DNA from: Gammaproteobacteria bacterium
GTDB taxonomy: Bacteria > Pseudomonadota > Gammaproteobacteria > Tethybacterales > Persebacteraceae
Assembly (NCBI GenBank): GCA_965221835.1
Contig: OZ244916.1
Coordinates: forward strand, 1,785,643 to 1,849,642
Direction: 5' to 3'
Length of the DNA stretch: 64,000 nt
Program-made: the position numbers and the translations under genes
Part shown: positions 37,610-46,084 of the stretch, one piece after another
Position numbering within the stretch: the stretch's first letter is position 1
Layout of the letters: each line of letters starts with the position of its first letter
The notes under the pieces: model-generated
What the model was told of the DNA's origin: nothing
What the model saw: only the letters and a program-made list of their open reading frames with translations
Database searches by the model: none

Positions 37610-38101
37610 ATGAAAAATGACATAAATAAACAATTGATTAAAGCGTGTATTGACGACAATTTAGAGGAAGTTAATCGTCTAATTGCGGCTGGTGCGAATC
37701 CGAATGTGGTAAATAAGGACGGCTTGACGGCTTTGATATTGGCGGCATTTTATGGATATACCGAAATTGCGAAAGTGTTGTTAGACGGCGGTGCGAATCC
37801 GAATGCGGCGATTATTAACGGCTGGACGGCTTTGATTTTGGCGGCAAATAAGGGACATGCCGAAATTGCGAAAATTCTGTTGTCGGCGGGGGCGAATCCG
37901 AATGGGACGGGTAATGACAACTTGACGGCTTTAATGCGTGCGACAGTGGAAGGATATGCCGAAATTGTAAAGATATTGATAGCTGGTGGAGCGGAAGTTA
38001 ATCAGCGTACGCACGACGGAGTCACGGCTTTGGATCTTGCGAAACATGGGGGCTTTTCCAAGATTGAACGCATTTTGCGGGCGGCGGGGGCGAAAGAATA
38101 G
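37610..38101 (+). CDS. ankyrin-repeat protein, ends ERILRAAGAKE
   Basis: 4 ANK repeats. A degenerate copy of the MKIKSII start lies upstream as a 7-codon ORF (atgaaaaatcattatgaaaaatga). Confidence 0.8.
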   Translation: MKNDINKQLIKACIDDNLEEVNRLIAAGANPNVVNKDGLTALILAAFYGYTEIAKVLLDGGANPNAAIINGWTALILAANKGHAEIAKILLSAGANPNGTGNDNLTALMRATVEGYAEIVKILIAGGAEVNQRTHDGVTALDLAKHGGFSKIERILRAAGAKE

Positions 38102-38136
38102 CGGCGGGGATTCCGTGTCCTCGCCGGTTTTTTTTG
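38102..38136 (+). terminator. rho-independent terminator (family hairpin)
   Basis: cggcggggattccgtgtcctcgccgg + T8. Confidence 0.75.
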
Positions 38137-38185
38137 CGTTTTTACGAATTCGGCGGGATAGGGTTGTTTTCAACCGAAAGAGGAG

Positions 38186-39265
38186 ATGATGGGCGAAAAG
38201 GACAAACAATTTATTAAAGCAATTATAGAATGCGATTTGAATTTGGTCAAGCAACTGATTGATGAAGGTGCGAATCTGAATGCGGTGGATGAATGGAACC
38301 AGCCGGCTTTGTATAATGTGGTAGTACGACGACTTGACGAATTTACGAAAATTCTGATTGCGGCGGGTGCAAATCCAAATGCGGCGAATAAAGACGGCAT
38401 GACGGCTTTGATGTTGGCGGGACAAGAAGGATATACCGAAGTTGCAAAAATGCTGTTGTCGGCGGGGGCGAATCCGAATGCGGCAAATAAATACGGCATG
38501 ACGGCTTTGATGCTTGTGGCATGGAACGGAAATGCCGAAGTTGCCGAGTTGCTGTTATCGGCGGGGGCGGATGTGAATGCGGTGACTGATAAAAGAGATA
38601 GGGCTTTTAATAAAGGCGATACGGCTTTGATGTTTGCGGCAAGGAAAGGACATGAAGTTGCGAAAATACTGTTGTCGGCGGGGGCGAATCCGAATGCGGC
38701 GAATTATGGCGGCTATACGGCTTTGATGCAGGCGGCATCATACAAAAACACCGAAGTTGTAAAAATGCTAATAGCGGCGGGGGCGGATGTGAATGCGGCG
38801 AAGTATGACGGCACAACGGCTTTGAATGGGGCGGCGAATGACGAAATTAGATGCATGTTGCAGGCGGCGGGAGCGAAATTCCGTGTCCCCGCTGTTTTAG
38901 AAAAACAAAAGAATTCCTTTTCTGTTTTTGATTTTATAATGGATATCACTGTTTTTGATATTATCATCACTATCGTCTTATTTGTTATACTTGTTTTACA
39001 AGGTTCAATCGCTTTAATAGTTTTGTCAATTGCGTTGATCTGCTTTCTTGCATTTGCTTTCGTATTTGGTCATGTTTTTTTTCTCGCCGTGGCTTTTGAT
39101 TTTGGAGTTGTCGGCATAATCGCTTATGTTGCCGCATGGATTTTTATGGCTCCCATAATGATAATTTTAGGAGCTGTCGCAGGGGTTATATCTTTTATAG
39201 GGGTTCTTCTAGGATTTCTACCTTTTTTCGAAAAATGGCGGAACTTTGGCGACAAAAATGCGTAA
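38186..39265 (+). CDS. ankyrin-repeat protein with C-terminal ~4-TM membrane domain
   Basis: 6 ANK repeats, then ...LQAAGAKFRVPAVLEKQ... reads through into a hydrophobic 130-aa tail (IITIVLFVILVLQGSIALIVLSIALICFLAFAFVFGHVFFLAVAF...). Confidence 0.75.
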   Translation: MMGEKDKQFIKAIIECDLNLVKQLIDEGANLNAVDEWNQPALYNVVVRRLDEFTKILIAAGANPNAANKDGMTALMLAGQEGYTEVAKMLLSAGANPNAANKYGMTALMLVAWNGNAEVAELLLSAGADVNAVTDKRDRAFNKGDTALMFAARKGHEVAKILLSAGANPNAANYGGYTALMQAASYKNTEVVKMLIAAGADVNAAKYDGTTALNGAANDEIRCMLQAAGAKFRVPAVLEKQKNSFSVFDFIMDITVFDIIITIVLFVILVLQGSIALIVLSIALICFLAFAFVFGHVFFLAVAFDFGVVGIIAYVAAWIFMAPIMIILGAVAGVISFIGVLLGFLPFFEKWRNFGDKNA

Positions 39266-39430
39266 ATTTTTTTTGATTTTCCGCGTGTTTGCGGCATTTT
39301 GATTATCTACCAAATGATTCCGTATATCTACAAAATGCACACCGAAGGGGATATTTAATGGCATAATTGCGAGGCGGGGAAAAGGATTTTCGCCGCATTT
39401 TTTAATCATTATCAAAAAACAAGGAGAAAA

Positions 39431-39940
39431 ATGATGAAGAGTGATTACAAGAAATTGTCCAAAGCCCTGAAAGATGGAAAAGTGGATGACTTTAAGAATT
39501 TGCTTAAAGAGGGCGCAAATCCGAATGCGCCTGATCACCGGCATGAATCGATTCTGCATTTGGCGGTGCGCAAAGGCAATGCCGAAAATTCCGAAATAAC
39601 CGTTGATTATCTGTTAAACAAAGCGGTTAATAAGGCGAATCCGAATACGGCAACGCCGGACGGATGGACGGCTTTGATGGAAGCGGCGCATGTCGGAAAA
39701 TGCAATGTTGCCAAAATTTTGTTAGAAGCGGGGGCGAATCCAAATGCGGCGAAGGGCTACGGTTGGACGGCTTTAATGTCGGCGGCATTTGAGGGACATG
39801 ACAAAGTTGTAGATATTCTGTTGAAACGGGGGGCGAATCCGAATGCCGCATTAAACGCAGATTGGACGGCTTTGTTTTCCGCATATGAAGCCGGACATTC
39901 CAAAGTCGTCAAAATTTTGGAAAAGAAGGCGAAAAAATAA
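39431..39940 (+). CDS. ankyrin-repeat protein (no signal peptide)
   Basis: GWTALMEAAHVGKCNVAKILLEAGANPNAAKGYGWTALMSAAFEGH. AAGGAG RBS. Confidence 0.8.
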   Translation: MMKSDYKKLSKALKDGKVDDFKNLLKEGANPNAPDHRHESILHLAVRKGNAENSEITVDYLLNKAVNKANPNTATPDGWTALMEAAHVGKCNVAKILLEAGANPNAAKGYGWTALMSAAFEGHDKVVDILLKRGANPNAALNADWTALFSAYEAGHSKVVKILEKKAKK

Positions 39941-39944
39941 CAAA

Positions 39945-39980
39945 AATCGGCGGGGATTCCATGTTCCGCCGTTTTATTTA
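39945..39980 (+). terminator. rho-independent terminator (family hairpin)
   Basis: tcggcggggattccatgttccgccg + T-rich. Confidence 0.65.
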
Positions 39981-40003
39981 CAAAACCGAAAGGAAAAATT
40001 ATT

Positions 40004-41008
40004 ATGAAAATCAAATCTATTATTTTGCCGCTGTTTGCGGTTTTTGCGTTGATAGTTTCGCCGTCTGCTTTTACCGATGAAGGCGATGAAGTCCATCAAG
40101 GGCTTTTTGCCAATCCGTTGACGCACGCCTCTGTGCACGGCAATTTGGCGGAAGTTAAGCGGTTGCTTGCGGCGGATGCAAATCCGAATGAGGCGAATGA
40201 TTACGGTACTACGGCTTTAATGTGGGCGACAAGCAAAGGACATGCCGAAGTTGCCGAGTTGCTATTGTCGGCAGGGGCTAATCCGAATGCGGCGAATATT
40301 TACGGCTTTACGGCTTTGCATGATGCAAAATGGGGACATGCCGAAGTTGTCGAGGTTTTGTTGGCGGCGGGGGCGAATCCGAATGCGGAGAATAATGTCG
40401 GCGAGACGGCTTTGATAGTTGTTGTAAGAGAAGGATATACCGAAATGGTAAAAATGATGTTGGCGGCGGGGGCGAATCCGAATGCGGCAACTAATAACGG
40501 CAGGACGGCTTTGATGGGGGCGGCATGGAAAGGACATGCTGAAATTGCCGAGATGTTATTATCGGCAGGGGCGAATCCGAATGCGGCAACTAATAACGGC
40601 AGGACGGCTTTGATGGGGGCGGCAAGGAACGGACATGCCGAAGTTGCGAAAATGCTGTTGTCGGCGGGGGTAGATGTTAATGCGGCGATTGATGAAGGTA
40701 CAACGGCTTTGATGCTGACTGCATGGAAAGGACATGCTGAAATTGCCGAGATGTTATTATCGGCAGGGGCGAATCCGAAGGTGACGGATAAATCGGGCAA
40801 AACGGCTTTGATGTGGGCGGTAAGAAGAGGAAATGCCGAAGTTACCGAGATATTGTTGGAAGAGGATACGTATTTGTATGCAACAGATAAGGAAGGCAAA
40901 AACGTTTTGGATTATGCAAACGAAGAATGGTCGGAAGCGAAAACGCAAGAAGAAGCATTGGAGTATAAGCGGATTGTAGAAATGTTGCGGGCGGCGGGGG
41001 CGAAATAA
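40004..41008 (+). CDS. secreted ankyrin-repeat protein (signal peptide MKIKSIILPLFAVFALIVSPSAF), ends MLRAAGAK
   Basis: 8 ANK repeats including two near-identical units (NNGRTALMGAAWKGHAEIAEMLLSAGANPNAAT x2). Confidence 0.8.
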   Translation: MKIKSIILPLFAVFALIVSPSAFTDEGDEVHQGLFANPLTHASVHGNLAEVKRLLAADANPNEANDYGTTALMWATSKGHAEVAELLLSAGANPNAANIYGFTALHDAKWGHAEVVEVLLAAGANPNAENNVGETALIVVVREGYTEMVKMMLAAGANPNAATNNGRTALMGAAWKGHAEIAEMLLSAGANPNAATNNGRTALMGAARNGHAEVAKMLLSAGVDVNAAIDEGTTALMLTAWKGHAEIAEMLLSAGANPKVTDKSGKTALMWAVRRGNAEVTEILLEEDTYLYATDKEGKNVLDYANEEWSEAKTQEEALEYKRIVEMLRAAGAK

Positions 41009-41012
41009 CAAA

Positions 41013-41048
41013 AACCGGCGGGGATTTCGTGTCTCCGCCGTTTTTTTA
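41013..41048 (+). terminator. rho-independent terminator (family hairpin)
   Basis: ccggcggggatttcgtgtctccgccg + T7. Confidence 0.75.
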
Positions 41049-41067
41049 ATAATCAAAAAGGATAACA

Positions 41068-41289
41068 ATGAATAAAATTCTGAAATTCATCCTTTCGCCG
41101 GTTATTATTCCGACTGCTTTTGCGAAATCGGCGAAAAACAGCAAGGTGATGCGGGTGTTGCTATATCTATACTTGCTTGTTTTCGTTTTGACTACTCCGT
41201 ATGCATGGCTTTTCGGGCTTATTCCATTATTTATTCATTTGTTATTCTTTCTGCATAAAGTAATGATGAAGGTCATTAACGAAGAATGA
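41068..41289 (+). CDS. small hydrophobic membrane protein (73 aa, 2 TM)
   Basis: ORF followed by a family terminator hairpin at 41293-41327. Confidence 0.45.
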   Translation: MNKILKFILSPVIIPTAFAKSAKNSKVMRVLLYLYLLVFVLTTPYAWLFGLIPLFIHLLFFLHKVMMKVINEE

Positions 41290-41292
41290 CAA

Positions 41293-41327
41293 AACCGGCG
41301 GGGATTTCGAATCCTCGCCGTTTTTTA
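41293..41327 (+). terminator. rho-independent terminator (family hairpin)
   Basis: ccggcggggatttcgaatcctcgccg + T6. Confidence 0.7.
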
Positions 41328-41350
41328 CAAAACCAAAAGGAAAAATCATT

Positions 41351-41416
41351 ATGAAAATCAAATCTATTATTTTGTCGCTGTTTGCCGCCGTGTTTGCGGC
41401 GGGGTGTGGGCGGTGA
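41351..41416 (+). pseudogene. frameshifted lipoprotein signal-peptide segment (MKIKSIILSLFAAVFAAGCGR-stop) upstream of, and out of frame with, the next ankyrin gene
   Basis: Conserved family start plus lipobox AAGC terminates after 21 codons. The ANK ORF continues in another frame from 41404/41416. Confidence 0.55.
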
Positions 41417-42597
41417 TGGCGTCTTTTGTAGGTAAAATTTTACATTCTATGGTGGGGAATGGATTAACACCATTCGCTCAACTAATGCTTTGGCTGGGTA
41501 CGAATCCGAATGCGGCAGTGGATGACGGATTTACGGCTTTGATGTCGGCGGCATTTGACGGAAATGCCAAAATTGCCAAGTTGCTGTTGACAGCAGGGGC
41601 GAATCCGAATGCGGTGACTAATGACGGCAGGACGGCTTTAATGGCGGCGGCAATCAAAGGACATGCCGAAGTTGCGAAAGTGTTGTTAGACGGCAAGGCG
41701 AATCAGAATGCGGCGGCTAATAAAAGCGTGACGGCTTTGATGGTGGCGGCAGGGGAAGGACATACCGAGGTTGCGAAAGTGTTGTTAGACGGCGGGGCGA
41801 ATCTGAATGCAGCGAATGATGACGGCTATACGGCTTTGATGTTGGCGGCAGTGGAAGGACATGCCGAAGTTGCGAAAGTTCTGATTGCGGCGGGGGCGAA
41901 TCCGAATGCGGCGAATGATAGTGGCAATACGGCTTTGCATTTGGTGGCAGTTAAAGGGCATGCTGAAGTTGCGAAAATACTGTTAGCGGCGGGGGCGAAT
42001 CCGAATGCGGCGAGAGATGGCGGCTGGACGGCTTTAATGTTTGCGGCAATTGACGGACATGCCGAAGTTGCGAAAGTATTGTTAGACGGCGGGGCAAATC
42101 CGAATGCGGCGGGTAATAACGGCGAAACAGCTTTGGGAGGGGCGGCAAAAATAGGACATGCCGAAGTTGCTAAAATTCTATTATCGGCGGGGGCGAATCC
42201 GAATGCAGTGGACAACGACAGCTGGACGGCTTTGAGGTGGGCAGCATATAAGGGACATACCGAAGTTGCGAAAATTCTGTTATCGGCGAGGGCGAATCCG
42301 AATGCGGCGAATGATTACGGCGATACGGCTTTGATACTTGCATCAATATCAGGACATTCCGAAGTTGCGAAAATTCTGATTGCGGCGAAGGCGAATCCGA
42401 ATGCGACGGATAATAACGGCAGGACGGCTTTGATTCAGGCAGTAGATAAAGGACATGCCGAAATTGTAAAGATATTGATAGCGAGTGGAGCGGAAGTTAA
42501 TCAGCGTACGTCCAAAGAATTCACAGCTTTGGGTATAGCGAAAGCACTCGGCTTTTCCAAGATTGAACGCATTTTGCGGGCGGCGGGGGCGAAGTAG
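41416..42597 (+). CDS. ankyrin-repeat protein (11 repeats), ends ERILRAAGAK; signal peptide disrupted by frameshift
   Basis: ORF track start 41404 is GTG. First ATG is 41416. Repeats TALMxAAxxGHAEVAKVLLDGGANPNAA throughout. Confidence 0.75.
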   Translation: MASFVGKILHSMVGNGLTPFAQLMLWLGTNPNAAVDDGFTALMSAAFDGNAKIAKLLLTAGANPNAVTNDGRTALMAAAIKGHAEVAKVLLDGKANQNAAANKSVTALMVAAGEGHTEVAKVLLDGGANLNAANDDGYTALMLAAVEGHAEVAKVLIAAGANPNAANDSGNTALHLVAVKGHAEVAKILLAAGANPNAARDGGWTALMFAAIDGHAEVAKVLLDGGANPNAAGNNGETALGGAAKIGHAEVAKILLSAGANPNAVDNDSWTALRWAAYKGHTEVAKILLSARANPNAANDYGDTALILASISGHSEVAKILIAAKANPNATDNNGRTALIQAVDKGHAEIVKILIASGAEVNQRTSKEFTALGIAKALGFSKIERILRAAGAK

Positions 42598-42680
42598 CAT
42601 AATCTAACTTTGGCGGCGGTCGCTTTGTTTCATCGGCGGGCGATTGCTTTTTATTCATTCTATCCGAAAGGAGAATTACG

Positions 42681-43364
42681 ATGAACGAAAACGACACAAA
42701 TTTATTTAATGCGATTAAACTCAACAAAGATCCGGAAGAGGTCAAGCGTCTGATTAAGGCGGGGGCGAATCCGAATGCCGTGGATGATGACGAATTGACG
42801 GCTTTGATGTGGGTGGCGTGGGGCGGAGGAGGCAAAGAAGAGAAAGTAAGATTGCCCGACAATACTCGGAATTGCGTAGGGCGTATCGGTTGGACTATTT
42901 TGCCCGCAGATCCCAGAAAAGAAGATGCCGAAATAGCCGAAGTATTGTTATCGGAGAAAGCGGAGCCCAATGCGGCAAGAAGTGATGGCATCACAGCATT
43001 GATGATGGCAGCGTATAACGGACATGCCGAAGTTGTCAAGATGTTGTTGTCGGCGGGGGCGAATGTGGATGCGGCGAATGATGACGGCGTGACGGCTTTG
43101 ATGGCGGCGGCACAAGAAGGGTATACCGAAGTTGTCAAAATTTTGATTGCGGCGGGTGCAAATCTAAATGCGGCGGATAAAGACGGCTGGACGACTTTGA
43201 TGTTTGCGGCACAAAAAGGGCATACCGAAGTTGCTGAAATTCTGTTGTCGGTGGAGGCGAATCCGAATACGGAAAATAAATACGGCAGGACGGCTTTGGA
43301 TATTGCGGAAGAAGAGGGGCATGACGAATTCATCCGCATTTTGGAAGAGGCGGGGGCGGAATAA
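42681..43364 (+). CDS. ankyrin-repeat protein (no signal peptide)
   Basis: GITALMMAAYNGHAEVVKMLLSAGANVDAANDDGVTALMAAAQEGYTEVVKILIAAGANLNA. AAGGAG RBS. Confidence 0.8.
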   Translation: MNENDTNLFNAIKLNKDPEEVKRLIKAGANPNAVDDDELTALMWVAWGGGGKEEKVRLPDNTRNCVGRIGWTILPADPRKEDAEIAEVLLSEKAEPNAARSDGITALMMAAYNGHAEVVKMLLSAGANVDAANDDGVTALMAAAQEGYTEVVKILIAAGANLNAADKDGWTTLMFAAQKGHTEVAEILLSVEANPNTENKYGRTALDIAEEEGHDEFIRILEEAGAE

Positions 43365-43368
43365 CAAA

Positions 43369-43404
43369 AACCGGCGGGGATTTCGTGTCCTCGCCGGTTT
43401 TTTG
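43369..43404 (+). terminator. rho-independent terminator (family hairpin)
   Basis: ccggcggggatttcgtgtcctcgccgg + T6. Confidence 0.75.
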
Positions 43405-43709
43405 CGGGGATTTGGGGGTTTTGTTCTGAATTCGCAATTTGCTCTTGATATTTGTCGGGCGGGGCGGTTGGGGATTTGGGGGGATTTTCGCGTTCGCGAG
43501 AATGGAATTGGGGTTGCCGAAAAATGTTTATGCGTTGCGGGCGTTTTTGCGTCCGAATTGGCGGATTTTTCGCGCAAATAAAGCGTTTTTTTCCGATTCC
43601 GGCGGGGCAAATCGTGCGGGCGGCGATTATCCGGCGGCGGCATTTTTCTTAAAACGGAGTCGGCGGACGGACGGGCGTGCATTAAACAGGCGATTCGTAT
43701 TAAAATTGA

Positions 43710-43766
43710 AAAATGACAATGCTAAATAACATTCTTTCCATTTTGATTTGGTTTCCGATTGCGGGC
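43710..43766. repeat. 57-bp direct repeat: duplicated 5' end of nuoM (second copy 46076-46132 is the real gene start)
   Basis: aaaaatgacaatgctaaataacattctttccattttgatttggtttccgattgcggg is identical at both positions. Brackets the RM1 insertion. Confidence 0.85.
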
Positions 43767-43807
43767 GTCCGAAACGGCGGGGGCGTTAAATCAGTTGCGG
43801 GGACGAG

Positions 43808-45187
43808 ATGAAAATTGACATTGAAAAATTGAAACGCGAGTTGTATGAAATGGATGCCTTGCGCAAAAAAGATGATGTGCAGTGCGACACGGCGGGGCGT
43901 ATTGAGCCGCAATATTTTGACGGCGATTTGTCGGAGTTGGGATTGTCGCCGAAAGTCGCCGAGGCGATGCGCAAAGAGTTGGGCGACAAAAAATTGTATC
44001 AACATCAGGCGGATGCGATTCGGGCATCAATGCGGGGCGACAATGTCGTTTTGGAATCCCCGACCGCAAGCGGCAAAACGCTATCATTCACCGCCCCGAT
44101 GCTGGAAAGCGTTTGCGGCGGCGGCGGCTGGCGAATTATTTGCGGCGAATGTATTTCCGTCTTAAAACAATTGCCGGACAAATCCGCCAATTTAATTTTC
44201 GCCGACCCGCCGTACAATTTGCAATTAAAAAACGAGTTATACCGCCCGAACATGACTCGCGTGGACGGCGTTTCCGATTCGTGGGACAAGTTTGCATCTT
44301 TTGCGGAATATGATATTTTTTGCGATTCGTGGTTGCGCGAATGTCGCCGCGTTTTGGCGGATGACGGCGCGATTTGGGTAATCGGTACTTATCACAACAT
44401 CGGGCGTTTGTCGCGTCTTATGCAGGATTTGGGTTTTTGGATGCAAAACGATGTGATTTGGCACAAGACGAATCCGATGCCGAATTTTCGCGGCGTGCGG
44501 TTTACGAATGCAACTGAAACTTTATTGTGGGCGAAAAAATCGGAAAAATCACGCGCGGTTTTCAATCACAAAAAAATGAAAGCGGAAAACGGCGGCAAAC
44601 AAATGACGAATGTTTGGCGTTTTCCGATTTGCGGCGGGGCGGAGCGTTTGCGCGATGCGGCGGGAAAGAAATTGCATTCAACACAAAAACCGGAATCGCT
44701 TTTGCGGCGAATCATTCTCGCAACAAGCCGCCCGGGCGATGTCGTATTGGATCCTTTTTCCGGCAGCGGCACGACGGTCGCGGTCGCGCGTTCTTTGCAA
44801 AGAATCGGAATCGGCATAGAACGCGAAAAAAAATATATCACAATTTCGGCAAAACGAATCGCCGCAATTGTACCGGAGGAAATTCCCGCCGAAGATTCCG
44901 CCCCCGCCCCTCGCCGCGTACCGTTTTCGGAATTGATTGCGCGCGGATTAATTAAACCCGGCGAAACTTTGTATTCAAGCAACGGCAAATCACGCGCGCA
45001 AGTTTTGCAAAACGGCGACATTAAAATTAATGGCGCGATTAACGCCGAAGGTTCCATCCACAAAATCGGCGCGAAAGCCGCGGGGACTCCGTCTTGCAAC
45101 GGCTGGAATTTTTGGTACGCGAAAACTGACGGCGGCAAAGTGTTGCTGAACGATTTGCGCGAACGGGCGCGAAAAACGGAGGCGTAA
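43808..45187 (+). CDS. beta-class DNA methyltransferase (DPPY...FSGSGTT order) carrying an in-frame N-terminal ~98-aa fragment of a DEAD/DEAH-box helicase; probable MTase start at ATG 44101
   Basis: Residues 60-98 LYQHQADAIRASMRGDNVVLESPTASGKTLSF = helicase Q-motif plus Walker A. From MLESV onward it is a typical ~360-aa MTase: IICGECISVLKQLP, LIFADPPYNL, LDPFSGSGTT. Confidence 0.8.
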   Translation: MKIDIEKLKRELYEMDALRKKDDVQCDTAGRIEPQYFDGDLSELGLSPKVAEAMRKELGDKKLYQHQADAIRASMRGDNVVLESPTASGKTLSFTAPMLESVCGGGGWRIICGECISVLKQLPDKSANLIFADPPYNLQLKNELYRPNMTRVDGVSDSWDKFASFAEYDIFCDSWLRECRRVLADDGAIWVIGTYHNIGRLSRLMQDLGFWMQNDVIWHKTNPMPNFRGVRFTNATETLLWAKKSEKSRAVFNHKKMKAENGGKQMTNVWRFPICGGAERLRDAAGKKLHSTQKPESLLRRIILATSRPGDVVLDPFSGSGTTVAVARSLQRIGIGIEREKKYITISAKRIAAIVPEEIPAEDSAPAPRRVPFSELIARGLIKPGETLYSSNGKSRAQVLQNGDIKINGAINAEGSIHKIGAKAAGTPSCNGWNFWYAKTDGGKVLLNDLRERARKTEA

Positions 45188-45190
45188 TTT

Positions 45191-46084
45191 ATGAATTATG
45201 ATCAATTTTCCCGCCTTATTAACCGTACTGTTTTCTCCGATTCCAAGGTGAAACTGTTGCGGAGCATCGCTCGTCAACCGGAGAATTTTGTCGGACTTTT
45301 CCGACCGACGACGCCGGAGGTGAAAATTGCCCAAAATTTATCTCAATCTCATGAGATTAAGTTCGGCTACGCATTTGAGGAATTGGTGCGCCTGTATCTC
45401 AAAGAAAACGGATGTCAAATATTTGATTCTTCTATTGTCATTGATGGCAAAAGAAAAGATTTGGATATTTATTTTCGCAAGGATGGTAAGGATTATCTCG
45501 TGGAGCAAAAGACGCGGGATAACCACGACTCCACGAAAAAGCTCGGGCAAGCCGATGACTTTGAGAAAAAATTGGTAGCGGTGTCCGATGGCGGAAAAAA
45601 AGCGGTGTGCGGCGTTCTATTCTTTTTAGACCCCGGTATGTCCAAAAACAAAATATTCTATGAAGAGCGTCTGCCCGAGATTACACAGCGACACGGACTC
45701 GAGACGCGCCTCGTATATGGCGGGGAATTTTTTAATATGTTGTCGTTGGATGTTTGGGATGAGATTGAAAAGTATCTCATTCGGTGGCGCGCGGAATTGC
45801 CGGGATTCCCGGAATTTAACTATGACCGAAATCCGGAGGAAAGTTTTAACGAAATCAAAGACATGAGTCCCGCTGATTTTTGTAAAATTTTCACGCACGA
45901 AGAAATAGGCAAACACATTCTGCCGATTCTCTTTCCGGAGCAAAAAACGCTTAAAATGTTGGTTGACTATTGGGCGTGCAAACCCGAAGGCGTTCGGGCG
46001 CGCAAATCTGACGGCGTTCGCATTTCCCGGTTAATAAATGAACGAATTTCGGAGATGTTGCGGGCGGCGGGGACGAAAAAATGA
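45191..46084 (+). CDS. putative type II restriction endonuclease (PD-(D/E)xK)
   Basis: D-x13-EQK pattern (KDLDIYFRKDGKDYLVEQKTRD). Position immediately 3' of the MTase. C-terminal codons share ttgcgggcggcgggg-cgaaa with the ank gene 3' ends. Stop overlaps nuoM ATG (ATGA). Confidence 0.55.
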   Translation: MNYDQFSRLINRTVFSDSKVKLLRSIARQPENFVGLFRPTTPEVKIAQNLSQSHEIKFGYAFEELVRLYLKENGCQIFDSSIVIDGKRKDLDIYFRKDGKDYLVEQKTRDNHDSTKKLGQADDFEKKLVAVSDGGKKAVCGVLFFLDPGMSKNKIFYEERLPEITQRHGLETRLVYGGEFFNMLSLDVWDEIEKYLIRWRAELPGFPEFNYDRNPEESFNEIKDMSPADFCKIFTHEEIGKHILPILFPEQKTLKMLVDYWACKPEGVRARKSDGVRISRLINERISEMLRAAGTKK

